NCBI GenBank assembly: GCA_029006755.1
Contig: JAQXGO010000060.1
Span: 1-58,546 of the forward strand
Origin: Clostridia bacterium
Lineage (GTDB): Bacteria; Bacillota; Clostridia; UMGS1883; UMGS1540
Direction: 5' to 3'
Length of the DNA: 58,546 bases
Of the stretch, positions 27,249 through 36,789 are shown in pieces; positions within the stretch are counted from its first letter, which is position 1, and each line of letters opens with the position of its first letter. The position numbers and the translations under genes are program-made. The notes below the pieces were generated by a model. The model was not told where the DNA came from and made no database searches. It saw only the letters and a list, made by a program, of their open reading frames with translations.

Positions 27249-30026
27249 ATGGACTATGGCAAGACCCTGAATTTGCCGCAGACAGAGTTTCCTATGCGCG
27301 GAAACCTACCTGTGCGCGAACCGGAAACATTAGAAAAATGGAATGAGATGGATGTATACGGCGGCCTGATGAAAAAGAATGCAGGCAAACCGCTTTTTAT
27401 TTTGCACGATGGCCCTCCCTATGCAAATGGTGATATGCATATGGGGCATGCACTCAATAAAACATTAAAGGATATTGTAGTTCGATATAAAAACATGAGT
27501 GGGTATTGTGCACCGTATATTCATGGCTGGGACACCCATGGTCTTCCGATTGAAAGACAGGCCATTCAAAAGCTCGGGATTAACCGCAGCGAAGTATCTG
27601 TTTCCAAATTTCGTGAAATTTGCAAGGAATTCGCACTTGGTTATGTAGAGAACCAAAAGTCACAGATTCGCCGTCTGGGTTCTCTTGGTGACTATGATAA
27701 TTCTTATGTTACGTTAGACCCGGCCTTTGAAGCAAAGCAGATCGAAATTTTTGGCGAAATGGCGAAAAAAGGCTATATCTATAAAGGCCTAAAGCCTATC
27801 TATTGGTGCCCGGATTGCGAAACGGCATTAGCGGAAGCAGAAATCGAATATGCAGAGGATAAGACAAATTCAATTTACGTCAAATTCCGTGTTGCAGACG
27901 ATAAGGGACGTTTTGCAGATATCAAAGAGCCGGTTTATTTCCTGATTTGGACAACAACAACCTGGACACTTCCTGGGAACGTTGCTATAGCGGTCAACCC
28001 GGATTTCACATATAGTTTGGTACGCGTAAATGGAGAAGTGCTTATCATTGCCACTGAACTCGTTGAAGGCGTTATGAAGGTTGGCGGATTTGATTCTTAT
28101 GAAGAAATTGGAAGTTTTAAGGGCAGCGAGCTTGAGTATATGCAGTGCAAGCATCCCTTTATGGATAGATTGTCTTTAGTTATTGTTGGCGACCATGTAA
28201 CACTCGAAGCCGGCACCGGTTGCGTGCATACTGCACCCGGACATGGCGCGGAGGACTATGTGGCAACAAGACCGTATAAGGACATTCCGATTATTGTGCC
28301 TGTGGATGATAAGGGTTACTTAAACGATCTGGCAGGCGAATTTGCAGGGCTTTTCTATGCTAAGGCTAATACACCTATTGAGAATAAACTTCGTGAAGTG
28401 GGGGCACTATATGCGATTGAGGAAATCATTCACCAATATCCGCATTGCTGGCGCTGCCATGAACCGATTGTATTCCGCGCAACTGAGCAGTGGTTTGCTT
28501 CTGTTGACAGTATCAAGGATGCAGCAGTAGAAGCGATTCATAAGGTACGCTGGATTCCGAAATGGGGTGAGGATCGTATTTCGGCTATGGTACTGGACCG
28601 TACCGATTGGTGTATTTCCCGTCAGCGTACATGGGGCGTGCCGATTCCAATTTTCTATTGCGCAGATTGCGGCGAAGCACTTATCAATGATGAAACCATT
28701 CGTGCTACCGCTGATTTATTCCGTGAAAAGGGCAGCGGTGCATGGTATGAGCTTGAAGCAGAGGATATCCTGCCAGAGGGAACAAAATGTGCATGTGGTT
28801 GCACACACTTTACAAAAGAAAAAGACATTATGGATGTTTGGTTTGACTCCGGTTCCAGCCATGCCGGTGTTTTGGATGTAAAAGAAGGTTTGCAGTTCCC
28901 GGCTGACCTTTATTTAGAGGGCAATGACCAGTATCGCGGTTGGTTCCAATCCTCTCTTTTAACCTCCATTGCCGCCAGAGGGGTTGCACCTTATAAGGCG
29001 GTTATCACACATGGCATGATTGTGGATACAGATGGTCAAAAAATGTCCAAATCTAAGGGGAACGGTGTAAATCCACATGATATTATAAAAGAGTTTGGTG
29101 CAGATATTCTTCGCCTTTGGGTTGTTTCAGCTGATTTTAAGACAGATATGCGTATTTCAAAGGATATCTTAAAGCAGCTTTCCGAAGGATATAGAAAAAT
29201 TAGAAATACTGCAAGATATATTCTCGGCAATATTCATGACTTTGACCCGATGAAGGACATGGTCAAAGAGGCGGATATGGGTGAACTGGATACATGGGCA
29301 ATGATGCGTTTGTCGCAGATGATTCAAAAGGTTTTAGCGGCTTATGAAAGCTATGATCTGCACATGATTTATCATACTATCCATAACTTCTGTGTTGTGG
29401 ATATGAGTAACTTCTATCTGGATATCATTAAGGATAGACTCTATATAGAGAAACCTGATAGTCAGAAACGCCGTGCAGCACAAACGGTTATGTTTAAGGT
29501 TTTGGATGCAATCGTCCGTTTGCTTGCACCTGTTTTGGTGTATACAAGTGAAGAAATCTGGAAGTTTATGCCGCATTGCGAAGGCGATGATACAAGAAGT
29601 GTAGTGTATAACGATATGCCGAAGCCTTCCGAGGTTGTTTATGAGGAAGCGTTTATAGAGAAATGGGATAAGCTTTTGGCCGTACGTGCAGATGTTTCCA
29701 AGGCACTTGAAAAAGCGCGTGCCGAAAAGAAGATTGGCAATTCTGTAAGTGCCGGCGTAATTCTTTATGTATCTGCGGATATGAAGGAGTTTTTACAGAG
29801 CTTTGGCAACGAACTTGCAACCCTATTTATTGTGTCTTCGGTAGAAGTGGTTGAAGGGGCACAGGCAGAAGATGCGATGCAAGGAGAAACCGAAGGCCTT
29901 GCTGTCTCGATTACTACACCTGCAGGTGAAAAGTGCGAGAGATGCTGGCTTTACAGTACAACGGTAGGGGATGATGCGGCGCATCCCACACTGTGCAGTC
30001 GTTGCGCCGACATTATTAAAGAGTAG
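27249..30026 (+). CDS. ileS: Isoleucine--tRNA ligase (type 1, with C-terminal zinc finger)
   Basis: HIGH motif (PPYANGDMHMGHA), KMSKS (GQKMSKSKGN), a CP1 editing insertion and a C-terminal CERCW...CSRC. The track start at 27237 is a TTG with no RBS spacing, so ATG 27249 is preferred. Confidence 0.96.
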   Translation: MDYGKTLNLPQTEFPMRGNLPVREPETLEKWNEMDVYGGLMKKNAGKPLFILHDGPPYANGDMHMGHALNKTLKDIVVRYKNMSGYCAPYIHGWDTHGLPIERQAIQKLGINRSEVSVSKFREICKEFALGYVENQKSQIRRLGSLGDYDNSYVTLDPAFEAKQIEIFGEMAKKGYIYKGLKPIYWCPDCETALAEAEIEYAEDKTNSIYVKFRVADDKGRFADIKEPVYFLIWTTTTWTLPGNVAIAVNPDFTYSLVRVNGEVLIIATELVEGVMKVGGFDSYEEIGSFKGSELEYMQCKHPFMDRLSLVIVGDHVTLEAGTGCVHTAPGHGAEDYVATRPYKDIPIIVPVDDKGYLNDLAGEFAGLFYAKANTPIENKLREVGALYAIEEIIHQYPHCWRCHEPIVFRATEQWFASVDSIKDAAVEAIHKVRWIPKWGEDRISAMVLDRTDWCISRQRTWGVPIPIFYCADCGEALINDETIRATADLFREKGSGAWYELEAEDILPEGTKCACGCTHFTKEKDIMDVWFDSGSSHAGVLDVKEGLQFPADLYLEGNDQYRGWFQSSLLTSIAARGVAPYKAVITHGMIVDTDGQKMSKSKGNGVNPHDIIKEFGADILRLWVVSADFKTDMRISKDILKQLSEGYRKIRNTARYILGNIHDFDPMKDMVKEADMGELDTWAMMRLSQMIQKVLAAYESYDLHMIYHTIHNFCVVDMSNFYLDIIKDRLYIEKPDSQKRRAAQTVMFKVLDAIVRLLAPVLVYTSEEIWKFMPHCEGDDTRSVVYNDMPKPSEVVYEEAFIEKWDKLLAVRADVSKALEKARAEKKIGNSVSAGVILYVSADMKEFLQSFGNELATLFIVSSVEVVEGAQAEDAMQGETEGLAVSITTPAGEKCERCWLYSTTVGDDAAHPTLCSRCADIIKE

Positions 30027-30038
30027 GAGATATAATAT

Positions 30039-30494
30039 ATGCTTTGGCTTCCTATTTTGATGGGAGTCGGTACGTTGGCTTTGGATAGGCTAACGAAGCT
30101 GATTGTTCATAAAGAAATGAGATTGGGACAAAGCATACCGATTATAAAGAATATTTTTCATATTACCTTTCAAACGAATGATGGAGCAGCATTTAGTCTT
30201 TTAAGCGGCAGAATTCTCTTCCTGATTGTTGCAACGTTACTGATTATTGCAGCATTGGTTGCTTACATCATCGTGAAGAAGCCAAAAAGTAAAATATTTG
30301 GCATAGCGGTATCGCTCATGATTTCCGGAGCAGTCGGGAATTTGCTGGATCGGCTTTTTTTGGGATATGTGGTTGATTTTTTGGACATGTGCATTATAAA
30401 TTTCCCTGTGTTCAATGTAGCGGATATGTGCGTTGTAATCGGGGCGGCACTCTTTTGCATATATATTTTTAAGTGCACAGATGAGAGCTTATGA
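30039..30494 (+). CDS. lspA: Lipoprotein signal peptidase II
   Basis: 151 aa with TNDGAAFSLL and FPVFNVADM catalytic Asp motifs and 4 TM segments. Confidence 0.92.
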   Translation: MLWLPILMGVGTLALDRLTKLIVHKEMRLGQSIPIIKNIFHITFQTNDGAAFSLLSGRILFLIVATLLIIAALVAYIIVKKPKSKIFGIAVSLMISGAVGNLLDRLFLGYVVDFLDMCIINFPVFNVADMCVVIGAALFCIYIFKCTDESL

Positions 30495-31408
30495 TGGAGT
30501 ATGAAGCATTCTCCGGGGAGAGAATAGACAAAGCTGTTGCGGCTGTGGAAAAGGATTTGAGCCGCGCCTATATTCAAAAACTTATAGAGGAAGGGCATAT
30601 AACCGTGTGTGGCAAAAGCGTACGGACCAGTTATAAGCTTCGTCCCGGGGATACGGTTTCGGTATGCTTGCCGCCGCTGAAGGAAACGGAGGCGGTGGCG
30701 CAGGATATACCGCTTACTGTTGTCTATGAGGACGACGATGTTCTTGTGATCAATAAACCGGCCGGTATGGTCGTACATCCGGCGGCCGGCAATGCGGATC
30801 AAACGCTCGTAAATGCGCTGTTACATCATTGCGGCACTTCCCTTTCCGGAATCGGCGGCGTAATGCGTCCGGGAATTGTGCATCGTATTGATAAGGATAC
30901 TACGGGACTTTTGGTGGTGGCAAAAAATGATGCGGCGCATCAGCACTTGTCTGCACAACTTAAAACAAGAACGCTAAAAAGGCAGTATGCGGCACTGGTA
31001 CATGGTAATGTGCGAGAAGATGCAGGGATTGTGAATGCTCCTTTGGGCAGAAGCACGCAGGATAGAAAAAAGATGGCTGTGGTGCATGCCGGTGGACGTG
31101 AGGCAATTACGCACTTTAAAGTTACCGAGCGCTTTGGGGTTTACACGCTTTTGCAGTGTGATTTAGATACAGGCAGAACACACCAAATTCGTGTGCATAT
31201 GCGCTATCTAGGGCATCCTATTGTAGGAGATAAAACATATGGCGTCAAAAAAGAAGCGTTTCGGCTCGAAGGGCAGCTTCTGCATGCCGGAGAACTTGGC
31301 TTTATTCACCCACGAACAGAGGAACAGATGCGTTTTACGGCGCCTTTGCCTGATGCGTTTGCGCTCGTATTGAATTCGTTACGACGGAAGGCACAAAAAA
31401 ATTTGTAG
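30491..31408 (+). CDS. rluD: 23S rRNA pseudouridine synthase, RluA/RluD family
   Basis: N-terminal S4 domain and catalytic HRIDKDTTGLLVVAK. ATGA overlap with lspA. Confidence 0.9.
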   Translation: MMEYEAFSGERIDKAVAAVEKDLSRAYIQKLIEEGHITVCGKSVRTSYKLRPGDTVSVCLPPLKETEAVAQDIPLTVVYEDDDVLVINKPAGMVVHPAAGNADQTLVNALLHHCGTSLSGIGGVMRPGIVHRIDKDTTGLLVVAKNDAAHQHLSAQLKTRTLKRQYAALVHGNVREDAGIVNAPLGRSTQDRKKMAVVHAGGREAITHFKVTERFGVYTLLQCDLDTGRTHQIRVHMRYLGHPIVGDKTYGVKKEAFRLEGQLLHAGELGFIHPRTEEQMRFTAPLPDAFALVLNSLRRKAQKNL

Positions 31409-31423
31409 TGATAAGGAGGCAAC

Positions 31424-31954
31424 ATGGAATATAAAGCACACATCGCAGGACAAGAAGAAATGGAGCGTATGCTCAATAGAATTGCCTATGAAATTATCGA
31501 AAACAATAATGGATTAAAAGACCTTGCAATTATTGGAATTCAGAGACGCGGTGCTGTTTTGGCAAGACGTGTTGCTGCAAATCTAAAGGCGCATGAGGGC
31601 GTAGAGGTGCCGGTAGGAATTTTAGATATTACCTTGTATCGAGACGATTTAAGTCTTTTAAGCGTACATCCTGTTATCAATGGTACAGATATCGCATTTT
31701 CTATCAATGATAAGAAACTTGTTATTGTAGACGATGTATTGTATACCGGAAGAACAGTCCGTGCAGCGATTGAAGCACTGATGGATATGGGAAGACCTCA
31801 AAGAATCCAGCTTGCAGTTCTCGTAGACAGAGGACATAGAGAGCTTCCTATCAGCGCAGATTATATTGGCAAAAAGATCCCGACATCAAAAAATGAAATT
31901 GTTCATGTTTGCGTTTCAGAATTTGACAACGCAGAAAAAATCATTATTACATAA
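31424..31954 (+). CDS. pyrR: Bifunctional pyr operon regulator / uracil phosphoribosyltransferase PyrR
   Basis: 176 aa with the PRPP loop LVIVDDVLYTGRTVRAA. Position after lspA-rluD is the same as in Bacillus. Confidence 0.93.
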   Translation: MEYKAHIAGQEEMERMLNRIAYEIIENNNGLKDLAIIGIQRRGAVLARRVAANLKAHEGVEVPVGILDITLYRDDLSLLSVHPVINGTDIAFSINDKKLVIVDDVLYTGRTVRAAIEALMDMGRPQRIQLAVLVDRGHRELPISADYIGKKIPTSKNEIVHVCVSEFDNAEKIIIT

Positions 31955-31981
31955 AAGGCATGCCTTAGGCACGCTTTTTTT
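31953..31981 (+). terminator. Terminator-like hairpin between pyrR and pyrB (candidate pyr attenuator)
   Basis: AAAAGGCATGCC (31953-31964) / GGCACGCTTTT (31968-31978), about 12 bp with one A-C mismatch and one G-U pair, a TTA loop, then a run of 7 T (31975-31981). Confidence 0.55.
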
Positions 31982-32010
31982 GTAATTACATGAGAAAGGA
32001 ATGAATTTGT

Positions 32011-32979
32011 ATGATAGAAAACAGAAAAGACCTTTTAGGACTTTATGATTTGTCGGCTGAGGAAATTCAATACATATTAAAAAGTGCTGAAACAATGAAA
32101 TATGTCCTACTGCAAAAAAACAAAAAGACGCCACATTTACAGGGAAAATCCGTGGTAACTTTATTTTATGAAAACAGCACACGTACAAGACTTTCTTTTG
32201 AACTCGCGGCTAAATATATGAGCGCATCTGCGGCCAATATTTCTGCATCATCCAGTAGCGTTGCAAAGGGAGAAACGCTGATTGACACCGGAAGAACCAT
32301 TGACAGAATGGGAACGGATGTGATTGTTATTCGGCATCATGCTTCCGGTGCGCCGCATCTTCTGGCAAAACATGTAAAGTCCTCTGTTATCAATGCTGGG
32401 GACGGCATGAACGAACATCCCACGCAAGCACTTCTGGATATGTTTACCATGCAAGAAAAAAAAGGAGATTTAAAAAATCTTACTGTTGCAATTACCGGAG
32501 ACATTTTTCACAGCCGTGTAGCAAGAAGCAATATATACGGACTGACAAAGATGGGTGCAACGGTCAGGGTTTTTGCACCAGCAACATTGCTCCCAAAAGG
32601 GATAGAAAGCTTAGGTGTTACCGTCTGCCGTACGATTGAGGAAGCACTGCTTGATGCCGATGTTGTTATGGGATTGCGGATGCAGCTGGAACGGCAAAAG
32701 CAGGGGTTTGTGCCTAATATGCGTGAATATGCGGCGCAGTTTGGAATTGATGAAAGACGACTCGCACTTGCAAAACCGGATGCACTCATTATGCATCCCG
32801 GCCCGGTCAACCGCGGAGTGGAATTCAGTAGCTTTGTCATTGACCATGACAATTCCTGCATTGATGAACAGGTTACAAATGGTGTGGCCGTTCGCATGGC
32901 TATACTGTATATCTTTGCACATAGAGGGCAAGACGTTAAATTGCCCGAATCACCACAGCGAAAGGAGAATGTAAGATGA
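32011..32979 (+). CDS. pyrB: Aspartate carbamoyltransferase catalytic subunit
   Basis: STRTRLSFE carbamoyl-phosphate motif, HPTQALLD and HPGP motifs. Confidence 0.95.
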   Translation: MIENRKDLLGLYDLSAEEIQYILKSAETMKYVLLQKNKKTPHLQGKSVVTLFYENSTRTRLSFELAAKYMSASAANISASSSSVAKGETLIDTGRTIDRMGTDVIVIRHHASGAPHLLAKHVKSSVINAGDGMNEHPTQALLDMFTMQEKKGDLKNLTVAITGDIFHSRVARSNIYGLTKMGATVRVFAPATLLPKGIESLGVTVCRTIEEALLDADVVMGLRMQLERQKQGFVPNMREYAAQFGIDERRLALAKPDALIMHPGPVNRGVEFSSFVIDHDNSCIDEQVTNGVAVRMAILYIFAHRGQDVKLPESPQRKENVR

Positions 32980-34250
32980 GTGTCTTAATAAAAAACGGCA
33001 GGGTCATTGACCCGGCGACAGGATTGGATGACATTTTGGATATCTTCATTGAGAACGGCACCATTCAGGGTATGGAGAAAGGGCTTTCTGTTTCGGCGGC
33101 CCGGACGATAGATGCGGAAGGACTCGTTGTTGTGCCCGGACTTGTGGACATGCATTGCCATCTCAGAGAACCGGGCTATGAATATAAAGAGGATATAGAA
33201 AGCGGCACAAAAAGTGCCTTGGCTGGCGGGTTTACCAGTATTGCTTGTATGGCAAATACAAATCCGGTCATGGATACCGGCGCACAAATTACGTTCGTAA
33301 AAAGCCGTTCTGCGGCTGTGGGGCACGTGCATGTATATCCTATTGGGGCTGTGTCGCAAGGCTTAAAAGGTGAACAACTTTCAGAAATGGGCGATATGAA
33401 GAATGCAGGCGCGGTTGCTGTTTCGGATGACGGAAAACCGGTCGATAATCCTTCCCTTATGCGACGTGCACTCATTTATGCCAATATGATGCAGCTGCCG
33501 CTAATCAGCCATGCAGAGGAACGAAGGCTTCTGGACGGCGGAACAATGAATGAGGGTTTGACCGCAACTGTAATGGGACTTCGCGGTATTTCCAATGCTG
33601 TGGAAGAAGCGATGGTTGCAAGAGATATTCTGATTGCGGAGGCAGAAGGGGTGCCGATACATATTGCTCATCTTAGTACGCGCGGTTCGGTGGAGCTTGT
33701 GCGGCAGGCAAAGAAACGTGGGGTGCAGGTTACCTGCGAAACATGTCCACATTATTTCAGCTTAACAGAAGAGGCGGTTCGGGATTATGACACGAATGCA
33801 AAAATGAACCCTCCGCTTCGGACCGCGGCGGATGTGGAGGCAATTAAAATCGGGCTTGCGGACGGTACAATTGATGCAATTGCCACGGATCATGCCCCGC
33901 ATCATATAGATGACAAGCTTTGCGAATTTGAGTATGCGGCAAATGGCATTATCGGTTTTGAAACGGCACTGCCTTTAGGCATTACGCACCTTGTTCGGCA
34001 AAATATCTTAAGCTTGCCTGCCCTAATTCAGAAAATGACAGTCAATCCGGCAGATATACTGCGTATTCCGAAAGGCAGGATCGCCGTAGACGGCATGGCG
34101 GATTTGACAATTTTCGATGCTTCTGCGCAGTATGAAATTACAAAAGAAAGTATAAAATCGAAAGCGAAGAATACGCCGTTTATTGGCAGTAAGGTGTACG
34201 GAAAGGTACTGTATACGATTGTGGAAGGAAAGGTGACAGCATGGGAATAG
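32976..34250 (+). CDS. pyrC: Dihydroorotase
   Basis: 424 aa with the metal ligands DMHCHLREPG and ATDHAPH. ATGA overlap with pyrB. Confidence 0.93.
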   Translation: MSVLIKNGRVIDPATGLDDILDIFIENGTIQGMEKGLSVSAARTIDAEGLVVVPGLVDMHCHLREPGYEYKEDIESGTKSALAGGFTSIACMANTNPVMDTGAQITFVKSRSAAVGHVHVYPIGAVSQGLKGEQLSEMGDMKNAGAVAVSDDGKPVDNPSLMRRALIYANMMQLPLISHAEERRLLDGGTMNEGLTATVMGLRGISNAVEEAMVARDILIAEAEGVPIHIAHLSTRGSVELVRQAKKRGVQVTCETCPHYFSLTEEAVRDYDTNAKMNPPLRTAADVEAIKIGLADGTIDAIATDHAPHHIDDKLCEFEYAANGIIGFETALPLGITHLVRQNILSLPALIQKMTVNPADILRIPKGRIAVDGMADLTIFDASAQYEITKESIKSKAKNTPFIGSKVYGKVLYTIVEGKVTAWE

Positions 34251-35152
34251 AAACATTATGCGCAAATATTAAAAAGAAAAATAATCCTACAGTAGCAGGG
34301 CTTGACCCGGAACTCTCTTATGTGCCCGGATATATTAGAGAGGCCGCCTATCATTTGTGCGGAAAAACCTTGGAAGGGGCAGCAGAGGCCTTATGGCAGT
34401 TTAACCGCAGCTTAATTGATGCACTATATGATATTGTACCTGCAGTCAAACCGCAATCGGCATACTATGAAATGTATGGGCTTCCGGGACTTATAACGAT
34501 GGATAAAACGATTCGGTATGCAAAGGAAAAGGGAATGTATGTTATTCTGGATGTCAAAAGAGGGGACATTGGAAAAACAGCCGCTGCATACGCTGCAGCT
34601 TACATAGGAGAAACTGACATTGATGGGGAAAAGGTTCGAGCCTTTTTACCGGATGGTATTACGGTGAATCCTTATTTGGGCACAGATGGCTTGGTGCCCT
34701 TTGTGTCAGAAACAGCCAACGATAAAAGCATTTTTGTTTTAGTGAAGACCTCAAACCCTTCCTCAGGAGAATTGCAGGATTTAGAGGCAGAGGGTACCCC
34801 TGTATATATGCATACGGCAGCATTGGTTGCAAAGCTTGCGGAGGAAAAGGTAATGCCTTGCGGGTACAGTAATGTGGGCTGCGTTGTTGGCGCGACCTAT
34901 CCGAAGGAAGCAGAAACTTTGCGCCAAATGCTTCCGCACAGCTTCTTTTTAGTGCCCGGCTATGGAGCGCAGGGTGGTGGTGCAGCTGACGTACGGCCAT
35001 GTTTTGATCAAAATGGCGGTGGCGCAATTGTCAATTCCTCGCGTGGCATTATGTGCGCATACAAACGTGAAAACTGCGCGGAAGAAGATTTTGCAGGCGC
35101 GGCGCGCCGGGAAGCTTTAAGGATGCAAAAAGCACTTTCGGAAGTGCTTTGA
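34241..35152 (+). CDS. pyrF: Orotidine-5'-phosphate decarboxylase (long, type 2 form)
   Basis: 303 aa with LDVKRGDIGKTA and the LVPGYGAQGG C-terminal loop. Overlaps the pyrC end by 10 nt. Confidence 0.88.
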   Translation: MGIETLCANIKKKNNPTVAGLDPELSYVPGYIREAAYHLCGKTLEGAAEALWQFNRSLIDALYDIVPAVKPQSAYYEMYGLPGLITMDKTIRYAKEKGMYVILDVKRGDIGKTAAAYAAAYIGETDIDGEKVRAFLPDGITVNPYLGTDGLVPFVSETANDKSIFVLVKTSNPSSGELQDLEAEGTPVYMHTAALVAKLAEEKVMPCGYSNVGCVVGATYPKEAETLRQMLPHSFFLVPGYGAQGGGAADVRPCFDQNGGGAIVNSSRGIMCAYKRENCAEEDFAGAARREALRMQKALSEVL

Positions 35153-35165
35153 TGGAGGGGTGGAT

Positions 35166-35891
35166 ATGAAAAGCGTGCAAGCTTGTCCGATACAGGAGAT
35201 AAGTCGGATAACAGGAGATTTATATGATCTGCGGCTCTATGCACCGGAGATTGCCCGCAAGGCACAGCCGGGGCAATTTTTGCATATTCAGACCGGTGGC
35301 GGTTTGCTGCGCCGGCCAATCAGCATTTGCGATGTCATGGGGGATATTGTCCGCGTGATTTTCGCAGTGCGTGGTGATGGCACAAAGGCACTCGCTAATC
35401 AAAAAGCCGGAGAAATCTTGGACGTTTTAGGGCCGCTCGGGACAGGATTTCATGTTGAAGGCAAAAAACCGGCAGTTATAGGCGGCGGCATTGGTATATT
35501 TCCGCTGTTATTTCTTTGTAAACAGCTGATAAAGCCTAAAATCTATTTAGGATTTCGTACGAAGGAGCAGATGGTTCTTACAGATGCCTTTGCCACATTC
35601 GGCGAAGTGCATATTGCAACCGATGATGGTTCTTTTGGATATCACGGCCGCGTGACTGATTTGGCAGACAAGGAAGATGCAGATGTGTATTATGCTTGCG
35701 GGCCTGCACCCATGCTTCGGGCGGTACAGAAGATTGCAGGGGATACCCCAATGCAGCTTTCGATGGAAGAAAGGATGGGTTGCGGGATTGGCGGCTGTGC
35801 TGTTTGTGTATGTAAGGTAAATGGGCACTATGAAAAAGTCTGCCAAAAAGGCCCTGTGTTTAACGGAAAGGAGTTGGATTTGCATGACTGA
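35166..35891 (+). CDS. pyrK: Dihydroorotate dehydrogenase electron-transfer subunit
   Basis: FAD/NAD-binding ferredoxin-reductase fold (RRPISI) and a C-terminal [2Fe-2S] motif MGCGIGGCAVCVC. ATG 35166 follows GGAGGGG. Confidence 0.9.
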   Translation: MKSVQACPIQEISRITGDLYDLRLYAPEIARKAQPGQFLHIQTGGGLLRRPISICDVMGDIVRVIFAVRGDGTKALANQKAGEILDVLGPLGTGFHVEGKKPAVIGGGIGIFPLLFLCKQLIKPKIYLGFRTKEQMVLTDAFATFGEVHIATDDGSFGYHGRVTDLADKEDADVYYACGPAPMLRAVQKIAGDTPMQLSMEERMGCGIGGCAVCVCKVNGHYEKVCQKGPVFNGKELDLHD

Positions 35892-36789
35892 TATGTCAGT
35901 CAATTTTTGTGGCATTCAATTTAAAAATCCGATTATCACTGCTTCCGGCACTTTTGGATATGGGCAGGAGTACAGCGAATATTATGATCTTAAAAAATTG
36001 GGCGGCATCACACTGAAAACGGTCACACCTGATCCAAGAGAAGGGAATCCGCCGCACAGAATTGCAGAGGTGACGGCAGGGATTTTAAATAGTGTGGGAT
36101 TGCAAAATCCCGGAGCAGAACAATTTTTTCATGCCATATGGCCTAAGGTATCATGCTTACATGACCGCATCATTTTGAATATCGCCGGAAATACCATGGA
36201 AGAGTATGCGAAGATGGCTGAATATGCCAGCCAAACAGATGCGGCACTTGTGGAGGTCAATGTTTCTTGCCCGAACGTCAGTCACGGGGGGCTTGCGTTT
36301 GGCGCAGACCCCAAAGTTTTGGAAAATGTGACAAAGCTGGTAAGGGCACATTGTAAAAAGCCCATGGTGATCAAGCTAACACCGAATGTAACTGACATTG
36401 CCGAGATGGCAAGGGCTGCAGAAAGCGGCGGCGCAGATGGCGTTTCCTTGATCAATACATTGCTGGGCATGAAAATAGATTTGAAAACCAGGCAACCGAT
36501 TTTGCATAGAAATGTAGGCGGCTTTTCAGGCCCTGCGGTAAAACCGATTGCTGTCCGAATGATTTGGCAAGTGAAAAATGCAGTTTCTATTCCGATTATC
36601 GGTATGGGTGGCGTAATGTGCGGGGAGGATGCCGCAGAGCTTATGTTGGCAGGGGCAACTCTTGTGGCTGTGGGGACAGCGAATTTAATTACGCCGACAG
36701 CTGCAATCGATGTGCTGAACGGACTTTGTTCGTATGCAAAGGATTGTAAAAGTGTTCAGGAATTAATTGGAGGTGTTCGGCCATATTGA
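35884..36789 (+). CDS. pyrD: Dihydroorotate dehydrogenase, class 1B catalytic subunit
   Basis: NPIITASGTFGYG, VNVSCPNV (active-site Cys) and IIGMGGV motifs. ATG 35884 overlaps the pyrK stop by 8 nt. Confidence 0.93.
   Translation: MTDMSVNFCGIQFKNPIITASGTFGYGQEYSEYYDLKKLGGITLKTVTPDPREGNPPHRIAEVTAGILNSVGLQNPGAEQFFHAIWPKVSCLHDRIILNIAGNTMEEYAKMAEYASQTDAALVEVNVSCPNVSHGGLAFGADPKVLENVTKLVRAHCKKPMVIKLTPNVTDIAEMARAAESGGADGVSLINTLLGMKIDLKTRQPILHRNVGGFSGPAVKPIAVRMIWQVKNAVSIPIIGMGGVMCGEDAAELMLAGATLVAVGTANLITPTAAIDVLNGLCSYAKDCKSVQELIGGVRPY

Noticed and set aside
31424-31954. PyrR-binding anti-antiterminator motif hidden inside the pyrR coding sequence.
   Set aside because: I read the whole gene for the CCAGAGAGG-type purine-rich loop and found only weak resemblances (AATCCAGCTTGCAG, CATAGAGAGC). 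I therefore do not annotate a binding site. It is kept as an open question in the findings.
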